64,000 nt of DNA from a bacterium (GCA_030426085.1 JAUHYW010000060.1:1-64000); one strand, 5' to 3'; counted from the stretch's first letter, positions 18,501-27,435 are shown. The notes: a model not told the origin generated them from the sequence alone. A program made the numbers and translations.

Positions 18501-19736
18501 CACCACGACGCCGGCGACGGGACCTGCGCCCCGATCGGCGGCTGCGCCGACGGATTCCGACCGTCGGCGGCGGGCTGCGTGCCCCAGGGCCCGTGCAGCC
18601 CGCCCTCCGACTTCGCCGCCGGGCCCCCGATCGAGGTGGGGCCGCCGGTGGCCGGGGTGGCCTGCGGGCCGGACGTCTGGCGCTTCGACACCCCCCGGGG
18701 CTGCGGGGTCGAGGCCCGGCTGGTGGCCGATCCGGCGGCCGGCGCGGTCGACCTCGAGCTGTTCGACGCCGACGAGGCCCTGGTCGCGCGGGTCGAGGCG
18801 CTCGACGGCACCGCCCGCCTGTGGCTGCCGCCGGGCGAGCCCCGCCAGCTCCACCTGCGGGTGACGCCCTACCCCCCCGGCGCGGTCGATCCGGTGCCCT
18901 ATCGGCTGGCGCTCGTGGCCGATCCGCTGCGCTGCATGGCGGTCTGCCCGTTCGACCAGCGCCCCGACGGCGGCGGGCGCTGCGTGGACTTCGAGGCCGA
19001 CTGCGCCCCCGGCTGGCACGAGGGCGGGGACGGGGCCTGCGTGCCGCTCGATCGCTGCACCCCGGGCTTCCACGACGGGGGCGACGGGGTCTGCGTGCCG
19101 TTCGACGTCTGCCGCCCGGGGTATCGACTCACCGCCGAGCTGACCTGCGCCGCGGTCACCGCCGACTGTCCGCCGGGCGAGCGGGACAACGGCGGCGGTG
19201 TCTGCGCCCTCACCTGCGCCGTCGGGCAGGGCTACCACGAGGGCGGCGACGGCACCTGCGTGGCGACGCCCTACTGCGTGGCGGGCTACGCCGACGACGG
19301 CGGCGGGCTGTGCGTCGCCCGGACGCCGGAGGCCGAGTGCGCCCCGGACGTCTTCGAGGCCCGGCCCGACGGCGACGGCCTGTGCCTGCTGGTGCGCTGC
19401 ACCGACCTGGACGACGACACCGACGCGCTCGCCGAGGCGCTGCCGCTCGACGTGCGCCCCGGCGAGCCGACCGTGGTCTACGGGTCGCTGTGCCTGGCCG
19501 ACCCCGGCGACTGGTATCGGGTGGGCGGGGGCCACCTGCGGGCCCGCTTGCGCTTCGACCACGCCGACGGCGACCTGCGGCTGCGCTTCCTCGACGCCAA
19601 CGGGCTCGAGCTCGCCGCGGCCGACAGCGCCGATGACGACGAGGTGCTCGGGCTGCCCGGGGCCCCGGCCGAGGTCATCGTCGAGGTCACCGGGGAGAGC
19701 AGCGTCGGCTATCGGCTCGATCTGGTCCGGGATTGA
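15597..19736 (+). CDS. Giant Cys-rich repeat lipoprotein: lipobox, cbEGF-like domain, >40 Myxococcus-type Cys-rich repeats, four PPC-like beta-sandwich domains
   Basis: MAALALAMVGLALGC is a lipobox. CVDIDECAADPGPCDARTTCINLRGGFSCGACPEGY is a Ca-binding EGF. Repeated CxPGFxDGGDGxCVPxGxC units follow. There are four ~100-aa Cys-poor modules (e.g. GSLCLADPGDWYRVGGGHLRARLRFDHADGDLRLRFLDANG) with the D-x-D-x-Y/W-R PPC-like signature. Confidence 0.8.
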   Translation: MAALALAMVGLALGCGDPEALDPPLEPDAALCGSGFDTVGDECVDIDECAADPGPCDARTTCINLRGGFSCGACPEGYVGDGLVDGEGCTLDCPPGQADGGGGRCAPRGTCNPGYEPGPDGGCAPLQCPPDQHFDGAEGCVPLGECAPGFAPDDAGDCVAGPCPAGEHDDGTGACAPEGECAEGYRLDAAGDCAPLPECPEGEHPIGDGSCGPAGTCVDGYALDAQGDCRPLSCPEDDPREPDDTPAEADPLTPDEAVIGVACPDDPDHFALDPGARCRVVAALTAVGSEPLEAALTLVDEGGRLLTDAPGGEARLEVAGPLFAAVAGAGLYRLQVRFEGHDGGDGACVELGVCSPGYAEDDAGACTRCAAGFRDGGGGACVPLGACAPGFALDLDGSCRQTAACPPGARDDGAGDCAPDGDPCAPGFGDDGAGGCAPPGVCAAGFVLDVLDRCRMATACPVGERDTGDGACGGPCASGYHGGGGEPGICLPAGDCAPGWVERGDGTCDRACLGGLERAGAVCVEDFTCPADDGTEVDEPRELSPGASKYGVVCPGDADRFRLAPPTGCGVRFILRFDPAEGPLVLEVGAEAAPATGRDAPEGQRLVVEGVVGPLAVRVRGADDEAGARYALRVDLDGHDGGDGTCQPLGACAVGYALAADDSGACDRCAPGFEDGDGGAPGVVCVPEGDCAEGFHDGGDGVCVPDDRCAPGFADGDGDRPGIVCVPEGTCAAGFHDGGDGGCVPVDACAEGFHDGDGAGPGTVCVPEGACSAGFHDGGDGGCVARGDCAEGFHDGDGAGPGDRCLPTGACLRGWHDGGDGVCVERGLCREGYLDRGDGVCVENLLFGTVCAPGRGFAFEDGGVCVCNEGTRDGGDGRCVPEGACSPGFRPDAPETDDQGEAPACAPVGICAAGHHSTPWGACRPTAACPAGERDDGIGACVPEVAGCADGFAVRGEVCAAPPACGPGHHDAGDGTCAPIGGCADGFRPSAAGCVPQGPCSPPSDFAAGPPIEVGPPVAGVACGPDVWRFDTPRGCGVEARLVADPAAGAVDLELFDADEALVARVEALDGTARLWLPPGEPRQLHLRVTPYPPGAVDPVPYRLALVADPLRCMAVCPFDQRPDGGGRCVDFEADCAPGWHEGGDGACVPLDRCTPGFHDGGDGVCVPFDVCRPGYRLTAELTCAAVTADCPPGERDNGGGVCALTCAVGQGYHEGGDGTCVATPYCVAGYADDGGGLCVARTPEAECAPDVFEARPDGDGLCLLVRCTDLDDDTDALAEALPLDVRPGEPTVVYGSLCLADPGDWYRVGGGHLRARLRFDHADGDLRLRFLDANGLELAAADSADDDEVLGLPGAPAEVIVEVTGESSVGYRLDLVRD

Positions 19737-20636
19737 TCAGCGGGCGGTGACCGGGCGGGACGCCTCGGGATCGCGGGCGGCGAGGTGCTCCGGGCGGGGG
19801 CCGGGCGCGGCGAAGGGGGCCCCCAGCCGGTTGTCGGTGCGGTTGTAGACGAAGAACGCCGTGCTGCGGCCGAACGGGCTGATGTTGCCGTGCGACCCGT
19901 GGATCAAGAGCCCGTCGAAGAGCACCACCGTGCCCACCTCGCCCTCGCAGTACTCGACGCCGCCCTCCTCGATCGCCGCCCGCAGCGACGCCGTCGGGAT
20001 CGCGCCGAAGCCGATGCGGGGGTCGCTGAGGCTGCGGGTCCAGTTCTCGGGCGGGGTCGGCCCCGGGGTCTGCAACAGGCTGCGGTGGCTGCCGGGCACC
20101 ACCATCAGCGCGCCGTTCCACGCCCGGCTGGGCTCGAGCATGATCAGGGCCGAGCATACCGTGGGCCGGGGCATGCCGTCCTCGGCGTGCCACGCCTCGA
20201 AGTCCTGGTGCCAGTAGAAGCCCTGCCCGACGCCCGGCGGCTGGAAGTTGATCCGGCTCTGGTGGATGTAGACCGCCCCGCCCAGGAGCTGCTCGGCGGC
20301 GCCCAGCAGCCCCGGGTCGCGGTGCAGCTCGCCCAGCTCGGGGTGGCGGTGCGGGCTCCACAGGGTGCGCAGGGCGTCCTGGTCGTGCTCGAAGGTGGTG
20401 CGGATGTGGCCCGGCGCCTCGCCGGCCTCGGCCGCGGCCCGCATCCGCTGCAGCTCGGCGGCCACCGCCGCGCAGCGGGCCTGATCGATCAGATCGGGCA
20501 GGATCAAGAAGCCCCGCTCGACATAGCGCCGGCGCTGCGCCGCCGAGAGCGGGCCGTCGGCGGCCGGCGCGATGGGCGTCTGGCGGGGCACGGCCCCCAG
20601 GGCGCCGGTCAGGCGGGTGGGATAAGTCGCGCGCAT
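19737..20636 (-). CDS. ectD: Ectoine hydroxylase (EctD-like, Fe/2-oxoglutarate dioxygenase of the PhyH family)
   Basis: 299 aa. GFYWHQDFEAWHAEDGMP matches the EctD signature FxWHSDFETWHxEDG(M/L)P almost perfectly. C-terminal GSHGNISPF carries the second iron-ligand His. Confidence 0.8.
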   Translation of the reverse strand: MRATYPTRLTGALGAVPRQTPIAPAADGPLSAAQRRRYVERGFLILPDLIDQARCAAVAAELQRMRAAAEAGEAPGHIRTTFEHDQDALRTLWSPHRHPELGELHRDPGLLGAAEQLLGGAVYIHQSRINFQPPGVGQGFYWHQDFEAWHAEDGMPRPTVCSALIMLEPSRAWNGALMVVPGSHRSLLQTPGPTPPENWTRSLSDPRIGFGAIPTASLRAAIEEGGVEYCEGEVGTVVLFDGLLIHGSHGNISPFGRSTAFFVYNRTDNRLGAPFAAPGPRPEHLAARDPEASRPVTAR

Positions 20637-20638
20637 GA

Positions 20639-21682
20639 TCACTCCGATCGGGCGGCTCGCTCCACCGCGGCGTCGAGCACCGTCAGCGCCTGCTCGGCCC
20701 GGGGGCCGGCCATCTCGACGAACAGGTCGCGCACCGGGGCCGCCATCGCCCGGAACGCCGCCCGCTCGTCGGCGTCGAGGGTGAGCACCTCGAGCTCCGG
20801 CTTGCGCTCCAGCATGCGCTCGAGCCGCTCCTGGTTGAACCGCCGCTGGATGGCGAACGCCTCGTCGTGCAGCTCGGCGATCACCCCGTCGAGCATGCGC
20901 CGGTCGCCCTCCGACAGTCGATCGTAGAACGCCTGGTTGGTCATCACGCTGGTGACGAAGTGGGCGTGCCCCGGCAGCACGAGGTGGTCGGTGACCTCGT
21001 AGAAGCTCATCTCCTCGATGGCGAAGACCGGGTTGACCTGGGCGTCGATCATGTTGAGCTGCAGCGCGCTGTAGACCTCGGCGTAGGGCAGCGGCGTGGG
21101 GTCGGCCCCGTAGGCGTCGTAGGCGGCGAGCAGCAGCGGCGAGGTCATCACCCGCATCTTGAGCCCGGCGAAGTCCGCCGGCCGGCGCACCGGGCCCCGG
21201 GTGGTCCACACCATCAGCCCCTCGGAGACGAAGTCGAGCAGCCGGAAGTCCTTCTCGGCGTAGAGCGCGTCGAAGAACGCCCGCAGCTCGGGGTCGGCGA
21301 GGGCCCGGCTGTTGGTCGCCTCGTCGTCGTGCAGGGTGTAGTGCAGCAGGAAGACCTGCAGCTCGGGGATGATCTTGCCCAGGTGCCCCGGCGAGGCGGT
21401 GGCGAACTCCAGGGTGCCGTTGTGCAGCAGCTCGGTGATCTGGTCGCTGGTGCCCAGGGTGCCGTAGGGGTAGACCTTGACGTCGATCCGCCCCCCGCTG
21501 CGGGCCTCGATGGCCTCGGCGAAGGCCTGGGCGTAGGCGTCCTGCACGCTGCCCCGGGTCTCCTCGATGGCGAAGCGCCACACGATGGGGCCGTCGTCGC
21601 GGGCGCAGCCGGCGAGCCACGCCGCGCAGGCCATCAGGCAGGCCAGCGGCAGGGCCAGGCGGGGGGCCGTACGAGATGCCAT
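20639..21682 (-). CDS. dctP: TRAP transporter substrate-binding protein (DctP family), lipoprotein
   Basis: MASRTAPRLALPLACLMACAAWLAGC lipobox, then a DctP-type fold (WRFAIEET..., MRVMTSPLL). Confidence 0.85.
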   Translation of the reverse strand: MASRTAPRLALPLACLMACAAWLAGCARDDGPIVWRFAIEETRGSVQDAYAQAFAEAIEARSGGRIDVKVYPYGTLGTSDQITELLHNGTLEFATASPGHLGKIIPELQVFLLHYTLHDDEATNSRALADPELRAFFDALYAEKDFRLLDFVSEGLMVWTTRGPVRRPADFAGLKMRVMTSPLLLAAYDAYGADPTPLPYAEVYSALQLNMIDAQVNPVFAIEEMSFYEVTDHLVLPGHAHFVTSVMTNQAFYDRLSEGDRRMLDGVIAELHDEAFAIQRRFNQERLERMLERKPELEVLTLDADERAAFRAMAAPVRDLFVEMAGPRAEQALTVLDAAVERAARSE

Positions 21683-21687
21683 GGCGT

Positions 21688-22974
21688 TCACTCCGCGAAG
21701 GCCAGATCGCGCAGCAGCAGCGCGATGTCGGGGAAGGCGATGATCAGCACCGAGGACAGCGCGAGCAAGGCGATGAACGGCGGCGTGCCCCGGATGACCT
21801 CGAGGTAGGGCTTTCGGAACACCGCGATGGCGGTGAAGATGTCGCAGCCGAAGGGCGGGGTCGCCGAGCCGATGGCCACCTGGAGGGTCACCACCGTGCC
21901 GACGAGCACCGGGTCGATGCCCGCCTGGACCGCCACCGGGTGGAAGATCGGGGCCAGGATCAGGATCACCACGATCGGGTCGACGAACATGCAGCCGACG
22001 AAGAACGCCAGCGCGATGGTCGCCATCAGGACCGGGTAGCTGCTGTCGGCGCCGATGCCCAGCCCGCTGATGAGCGCGGTGGGCAGATCGGCGAACGAGA
22101 TGACCCACGAGAACGCCGCCCCGGCGCCGACGAGCACGAAGACCACCCCGGTGACGAGGCCGGTGTCCCGGGCGATGGCCGGCAGGTCGCTCAGCTTCAA
22201 CTGGCGGTAGATCCCGACCTCGAGGATGGCCGCGTACAGCACCGAGACCGCCGCCGCCTCGGTGGGGCTGAAGAAGCCGGCGTAGATGCCCCCGATGATG
22301 ATCACCGGGAAGCCCATCGGCAGCGAGGCCCGGCCGAGGGCCTTCATCCGGCCCCGCCAGTCGACCCGCGCCTCGGACTCGATGCCCAGCCGCACCGCGG
22401 CGGCGTAGCAGTAGCCGCAGAACAGCACGAGGATGAGCAGCCCCGGGCCGATGCCGGCGATGAACAGCTCGCCGATCGAGGTGCCCGTGACCACCCCGTA
22501 GACGATCATGCCGATGCTCGGCGGGATGAGCAGCGCGATGTCGCTGGCGTTGATGATCAGGGCGGTGGCGAAGCTGTCGGGGTAGCCCCGGGCGACCATG
22601 CGCGGGCGCAGCGGCCCGCCGATGGCCACCACCGTCGCCTGGGTCGAGCCGGAGAGCGCGCCGAACAGGGTGCAGGCCACCGCGCTGGTGATCGGCAGCC
22701 CGCCCCGCAGGTGGCCCATGAAGGCCCCGATGAGGTCCAGCAGGCGGTCGGCGGCCTGGCCCCGGGTCATGATCTCGGCGGCCAGGATGAACATCGGCAC
22801 CGCGATGAGGGCCGCCGGCTGCACCCCCCCGATCATCTGCTGCACCAGCACCGCCGGGTCGACCCCGGGGAACCAGCCGAGCAGCGCGACGAGCGCGGCG
22901 AGCAGCAGGGGCACCAGCATCGGCACCCCCAGCAGCAGGAAGACCAGCATGACGCCCAGCAGCATCCAGCTCAT
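21688..22974 (-). CDS. dctM: TRAP transporter large permease (DctM)
   Basis: 428 aa polytopic, canonical DctM sequence features. Confidence 0.9.
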   Translation of the reverse strand: MSWMLLGVMLVFLLLGVPMLVPLLLAALVALLGWFPGVDPAVLVQQMIGGVQPAALIAVPMFILAAEIMTRGQAADRLLDLIGAFMGHLRGGLPITSAVACTLFGALSGSTQATVVAIGGPLRPRMVARGYPDSFATALIINASDIALLIPPSIGMIVYGVVTGTSIGELFIAGIGPGLLILVLFCGYCYAAAVRLGIESEARVDWRGRMKALGRASLPMGFPVIIIGGIYAGFFSPTEAAAVSVLYAAILEVGIYRQLKLSDLPAIARDTGLVTGVVFVLVGAGAAFSWVISFADLPTALISGLGIGADSSYPVLMATIALAFFVGCMFVDPIVVILILAPIFHPVAVQAGIDPVLVGTVVTLQVAIGSATPPFGCDIFTAIAVFRKPYLEVIRGTPPFIALLALSSVLIIAFPDIALLLRDLAFAE

Positions 22975-22984
22975 CGGCGCCTCC

Positions 22985-23536
22985 TCAGATGCCCGGCTGC
23001 TCGGCGACCGCCGCCTGCCCGGCGGGGGTGTCGGCCGAGAGCCAGATGCCGGGGGTGGTGGCGTTGCGGGCGATGGTCAGCACGCATTGCAGGCCGGCGA
23101 GGGCCAGCCCCACCGGGGCCGCCAGGTAGCCGACCCACAGCGGCACCGAGAGCACCGGCGAGCGGGTGCCGAGGGTGTAGACCGTGTCCAGGTAGCCCAC
23201 TCCGAAGGCGGCGAGCGCGAAGCACAGCCCGCCGGTCACCGCCGCGCCGAAGATGGTCAGCCCCTTGCGGGTGCGGGCGCCGCACAGGTCGTAGAGCGCG
23301 GTCATGCGGATGTGCCGCCCCCGGCTGGCCCCGTGGCTCAGGCCGGCGAACGTCACGAAGAGGATGGCGAAGCGGCTGAGCTCTTCGGTGGCGGCGATGC
23401 TCACCCCGAAGACGATCCGGGCCAGCACGTTGCCGATGGTGGCCAGGGCGATGAGCAGGATGCCCCCCGCCAGCAGCGCGACCTCGACGTGGCGCAGGCC
23501 GGCGGCGAGCCGATCGAGCGCGGTCTTCACGGGCAT
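22985..23536 (-). CDS. dctQ: TRAP transporter small permease (DctQ)
   Basis: 183 aa, 4 TM, immediately upstream of dctM on the same strand. Confidence 0.8.
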   Translation of the reverse strand: MPVKTALDRLAAGLRHVEVALLAGGILLIALATIGNVLARIVFGVSIAATEELSRFAILFVTFAGLSHGASRGRHIRMTALYDLCGARTRKGLTIFGAAVTGGLCFALAAFGVGYLDTVYTLGTRSPVLSVPLWVGYLAAPVGLALAGLQCVLTIARNATTPGIWLSADTPAGQAAVAEQPGI

Positions 23537-23561
23537 CTCCCCGCGGGCCCGGCGGCCCGCG

Positions 23562-23963
23562 TCAGTCGTCGTCGGCCCTCGCGGGCGGTGCGGGGTAGGC
23601 CCCGTCGGGGCCGTGCACCTCGCGCCCGGTCACCGGCGGGTTGAAGACACACACCATGCGCATCCGCTCGTCGGCGAACAGCGTGTGGTGGTCGTGGGCG
23701 TCGAGCGCGTAGAGCGTGCCCGGCGCGATGGCGTGCCGCTCGCCGGTGGCGTGGTCTTCGATCCAGCCCCGGCCCTCGACGCAGTAGACCGCCTCGAGGT
23801 GGTGCTTGTAGTGCATCTCGAGCGGCGCGCCGGGGTGGATGAGCGTGTCGTGCACCGAGAAGCCCATCCCGGCGTCGGCCAGCAGCAGCCGGCGGCTGGT
23901 CCACTGCTTCGCCGAGACCTCGCGGTCGGTGCCGACGATGTCGTCGAGGCGGACGAGCTTCAC
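23562..23963 (-). CDS. ectC: L-ectoine synthase
   Basis: 133 aa cupin. [19 protein letters not shown] and [13 protein letters not shown] align to EctC metal/substrate motifs. Confidence 0.9.
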   Translation of the reverse strand: MKLVRLDDIVGTDREVSAKQWTSRRLLLADAGMGFSVHDTLIHPGAPLEMHYKHHLEAVYCVEGRGWIEDHATGERHAIAPGTLYALDAHDHHTLFADERMRMVCVFNPPVTGREVHGPDGAYPAPPARADDD

Positions 23964-23964
23964 C

Positions 23965-25299
23965 TCAGGCCCCCACCCGGGCGGCGATGCGGGCCGTCAC
24001 CTCGGGCATCTCCCGGGGCGCCTCGGCCGGCGGGCGATCGAAGACCGCGTCCACCGCCGCCTCGAGCCGGTCGAGGCCCTCGGCGAGCACCCCGTCGTCG
24101 ATGGTCAGCGGGGGCAGCAGCTTGACGACCTCGCCCTCGGGGCCGGCGGTCTCGATGATCAGGCCCCGCTCGAAGGCAGCCCGGCTGATGGCCGACGCCC
24201 GCGCCGGGCCGGTCACCAGCCCCCGGATGAGGCCCCGCCCCCGCACCGGGCAGCCGTGGCGGGCGCCCATCGCTTCGAAGCGCCCGGCGGCCAGCGCGGC
24301 CCGGCGCTGCACGTCGGCGGTCAGCGCCCCGTCGCTCCAGAAGCGGTCGAGCGCCGCCGCGGCGGTGACGCAGGCCGGGTTGAAGCCGCGGAAGGTGCCG
24401 TTGTGCTCGCCGGGCGACCACTGGTCCAGCTCGGAGCGCATCAGCACCGCCGAGAAGGGCAGGCCGTAGCCCGACAGCGACTTCGACAGGCAGACGATGT
24501 CCGGGCGCAGGCCGGCCGGCTCGAAGCTGAAGAACGGCCCGGTGCGCCCGCAGCCGACCTGGATGTCGTCGACGATCAGGAGCGCGCCGATGCGCCGGGC
24601 GAAGGCGGCGAGGCGCTTCAGCCAGGGGTCGGAGGCCACGTTGACCCCGCCCTCGGCCTGCACCGTCTCGAGGATGAACGCCGCCGGCACGTCGACCCCG
24701 CTGCTGGGGTCGCCGAGCAACCGCTCGAGGTGGTCGATGGTGTCGCCCTCGCCGAGGTAGCCGGCGAAGGGCATCCGGGCGACGTGGTGCAGCGGCACCC
24801 CGGCCCCGGCCCGCTTGCTGGCGTTGCCGGTCAGGGCCAGCGAGCCGAGGGTCATGCCGTGGAAGGCGTTGGTGAACGCCAGCACCGTCGGGCGCCCGGT
24901 GACCTTGCGGGCCAGCTTGACCGCCGCCTCGACCGCGTTGGTGCCGGTGGGGCCGGGCAGCATGACCTTGTACGGCAGGTCCCGGGGCAGCAGCACCCGC
25001 CGCTCGAAGGTCTCGAGGAACCGGATGCGGGCCGCGGTGGCCATGTCGAGGCTGTGGGTCACCCCGTCGGCGGTCAGGTACTCGAGCAGGGCCGCCTTGA
25101 GGTGGGGCTCGTTGTGCCCGTAGTTCAGCGCGCCGGCCCCGGCGAAGAAGTCGATGTAGCGCCGCCCGCGGGCGTCGAAGAGGTGGGGGCCGACGGCCTT
25201 GGTGAACACGGTCGGGAAGCTGCGCACGTAGCTGCGCACCTCGGACTCGAGGCGGCGCACGGGGGCCAGATCGGTCGGGGCGTGGTCGAGCAGGGTCAT
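23965..25299 (-). CDS. ectB: Diaminobutyrate--2-oxoglutarate transaminase
   Basis: 444 aa class-III aminotransferase. Full-length EctB-like (…[14 protein letters not shown]…[10 protein letters not shown]…). Confidence 0.9.
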   Translation of the reverse strand: MTLLDHAPTDLAPVRRLESEVRSYVRSFPTVFTKAVGPHLFDARGRRYIDFFAGAGALNYGHNEPHLKAALLEYLTADGVTHSLDMATAARIRFLETFERRVLLPRDLPYKVMLPGPTGTNAVEAAVKLARKVTGRPTVLAFTNAFHGMTLGSLALTGNASKRAGAGVPLHHVARMPFAGYLGEGDTIDHLERLLGDPSSGVDVPAAFILETVQAEGGVNVASDPWLKRLAAFARRIGALLIVDDIQVGCGRTGPFFSFEPAGLRPDIVCLSKSLSGYGLPFSAVLMRSELDQWSPGEHNGTFRGFNPACVTAAAALDRFWSDGALTADVQRRAALAAGRFEAMGARHGCPVRGRGLIRGLVTGPARASAISRAAFERGLIIETAGPEGEVVKLLPPLTIDDGVLAEGLDRLEAAVDAVFDRPPAEAPREMPEVTARIAARVGA

Positions 25300-25811
25300 G
25301 GCTGACTCCGGAGGGGTCCGATGCGGAAGCGATCCTCGCGCTCGTGCCCGTCGGCGAACAGCTCGGCGGGCAGGTCGGGCTCGATCGCCAGCCGGGCGTC
25401 GTGCCGGCGGGCGAAGCCTTCGAACAGGCGGCGGGAGGCGGTGTTGGAGGGGGTGACGGTGGCCTCGAGGACCGAGGCCCCCTCGGCCCCGGTCACGAAC
25501 GCGTCGAGCAGCCGGCCGGCGAGCCCCTGCCCCCGGGCGGCGGGGGAGACGGCCACCTGCCACACGAACGCCGCCTCGGGGCGGGTCGGCGGGCGGTAGC
25601 CCATCACGAAGCCCAGCAGCGGGCCGGCGGCGCCCCGGGGGCCCTCGGCCACCCAGCACGTCTCGGCGAAGTCGCGGCACATGATCAGGTAGAGATAGGC
25701 CGAGTTGCGGTCGAGCCCGCCACCCTCGCGCACGAGGGCCTCGATGCGGGGCCCGTCGGCGAGGGTCGCCCGACGCAGGCCGATGGGCGTGGGGTCGGGA
25801 TCAGGCGGCAT
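25296..25811 (-). CDS. ectA: L-2,4-diaminobutyrate acetyltransferase
   Basis: 171 aa GNAT (QVAVSPAARGQGLAGRLL). ATGA overlap with ectB. Confidence 0.85.
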   Translation of the reverse strand: MPPDPDPTPIGLRRATLADGPRIEALVREGGGLDRNSAYLYLIMCRDFAETCWVAEGPRGAAGPLLGFVMGYRPPTRPEAAFVWQVAVSPAARGQGLAGRLLDAFVTGAEGASVLEATVTPSNTASRRLFEGFARRHDARLAIEPDLPAELFADGHEREDRFRIGPLRSQP

Positions 25812-27252
25812 CGGCCGGCTCCCGGTCGTCGCCCTCCGCCGCCGTGAGCGCCCGCCAGGTGGGGCCGAGGTGGGGCGCGTCGTCGCTGCCCCGCAGCAGG
25901 TGGGCGTGCAGGAAGCGCTCGATGCCGTCGGCGTGCTCGGCGTCCACCACCAGCGACAGGCTGATGTCGTCGGGGGTGTGGGTCGCCAGCAGCACGTCGG
26001 GCCCCTCGGTGAGCAGCGACCCGGCCCGGCGCACCATGTCGGCGAAGACCGCCCGGCCGACCAGGCTCACCGAGGCGACGTCCCAGTTCACCGTCGGGGT
26101 GCAGAAGCGCTCCAGGTCGCGCAGCAGCACCGGCACCTCGTCCCGGGCGCCGGGGAAGGCGCTGGGGTCGACGGTGGCCCGGATCTCACCCGGCGAGCTC
26201 GAGATCAGATCCATCGACAGCCCGTGGCGCCGGAAGCAGGCCGACACCTGGGCCATGAAGCCCACCGGCTGCCACCGCGGGTCGCGCTGCATCGAGATCA
26301 GGTGCAGGTTGCGCCGGGCGGTGACCGACTTGATGCCCTCGCCGACGACCTCGCCGTCGATGATCGTGCCCGGCACCTCGGGGCGGTCGGTCCAGCCCAG
26401 GTGCAGCGGGATGCCGCACGCCCGCAGCGGGCGCAGGCAGCGGGGGTGCAGCGCCCGGGCCCCGAGCGCGGCCAGCGAGGCGGCCTCGGGGTAGCTCAGC
26501 CGATGCACCAGGCGGGCGAGGGGGTAGCGCCCGGGGTGGGCGGTGAAGAGGCCTGGCACGTCGGACCAGATCTCCAGCCGGCGGGCCGAGAGGCGGGTCG
26601 CGAGGTAGGCCGCCGAGGTGTCCGAGCCGCCCCGGCCGAGCAGCACCGTGTGGCCCTCGTCGTCCCGGGCGGTGAAGCCCTGGGTGATCACGACCGGCCG
26701 GCCCCGCTCGACCAGCCGGTGGCCGACGAGCGGGTCGGGCCCCGCCGCGCAGGTGCCCGCCAGGAAGCGGCTGGCCGCCGAGCTGCCCTCGGGCGGCGGC
26801 TCGGCCTTGAGCAGCGACCGGGCGTCGACCCAGGCGGTCGGCAGCTCGTTGTCGCCGAGGTAGGCCGAGCCCAGCCGGGTCGACATGCGCTCACCGAGCG
26901 CGAGCAGCGCCGCCCGCTCGGCCGGCTCGACGACGGCCGGATCGGCCGCCAGCCGCTCGAGCTGCTCGAAGTCGGTGCCCAGCAGGCGATCGGCGTCCAC
27001 CCCCAGATCGCGGCCCAGGGCCCGATGCTGGGCCCGCAGCGCCTCGACGAGCCGGCCCCGCTCGTCGGCCGGGGGGGCCTCGGCGAGCCGCTCGAGGCGG
27101 TTGGTGACCCCCTCGAGGGCCGAGCAGACCACCAGCGGGCGCTCCCCGGCGGCGAGGCGATCGGAGACGACCCGGGCGATGCATCGCCACCGGCGCGCGG
27201 TCGAGACGCTGCTGCCACCGAACTTGAGAACGACCCACGGTGTGGTTGGCAT
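25801..27252 (-). CDS. ask: Aspartate kinase, ectoine-pathway-specialised (Ask_Ect type)
   Basis: MPTTPWVVLKFGGSSV kinase N-terminus, C-terminal ACT domains. Overlaps ectA by 11 nt. The longer track ORF (to 27387) would read through the promoter, so the ATG at 27252 is preferred. Confidence 0.85.
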   Translation of the reverse strand: MPTTPWVVLKFGGSSVSTARRWRCIARVVSDRLAAGERPLVVCSALEGVTNRLERLAEAPPADERGRLVEALRAQHRALGRDLGVDADRLLGTDFEQLERLAADPAVVEPAERAALLALGERMSTRLGSAYLGDNELPTAWVDARSLLKAEPPPEGSSAASRFLAGTCAAGPDPLVGHRLVERGRPVVITQGFTARDDEGHTVLLGRGGSDTSAAYLATRLSARRLEIWSDVPGLFTAHPGRYPLARLVHRLSYPEAASLAALGARALHPRCLRPLRACGIPLHLGWTDRPEVPGTIIDGEVVGEGIKSVTARRNLHLISMQRDPRWQPVGFMAQVSACFRRHGLSMDLISSSPGEIRATVDPSAFPGARDEVPVLLRDLERFCTPTVNWDVASVSLVGRAVFADMVRRAGSLLTEGPDVLLATHTPDDISLSLVVDAEHADGIERFLHAHLLRGSDDAPHLGPTWRALTAAEGDDREPADAA

Positions 27253-27358
27253 CCTGTCTGTGCTCCCTGTGCATGTCATCACCCGACCCGGCGAAGGCAT
27301 CGCCCGAGCGGCTGTCACCGTTATTACGGAGACGGGCTCCGAGCTGATTCGGGCGCGA

Positions 27359-27387
27359 ATATTAAGGGAACTAAGTTTTTCTGGCAA
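27359..27387 (-). promoter_or_regulatory. Sigma-70-type promoter (TTGCCA -N17- TAATAT) for the ask-ect-TRAP-ectD operon
   Basis: Minus strand reads ttgcca gaaaaacttagttccct taatat. It lies within the only AT-rich stretch upstream of ask. Confidence 0.45.
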
Positions 27388-27435
27388 CCCCCTGTCCCCG
27401 ATCGATTTTCGGGGCCGGATTTCGGGGCCGCCCGA

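Noticed and set aside
15577-19848. Multiple 200-580-aa alternative-frame ORFs inside the Cys-rich lipoprotein gene
   Set aside because: All are Arg/Ala/Gly-rich shadows of the GC-rich Cys-codon (TGC/GGC) repeats. The frame with the lipobox, cbEGF and Cys spacing is clearly the coding one.
19785-20927. 380-aa plus-strand ORF antisense to ectD/dctP
   Set aside because: No recognisable domain, Arg/Ala-rich antisense composition. Fully overlapped by well-supported EctD and DctP genes on the other strand.
27340-27400. Sigma-54 promoter for the ect operon (ctggcaaccccctgtcc resembles TGGCAC-N5-TTGC)
   Set aside because: The -12 element is tgtcc, not TTGC(W). On the correct (minus) strand the same bases form a near-consensus sigma-70 -35/-10 instead.
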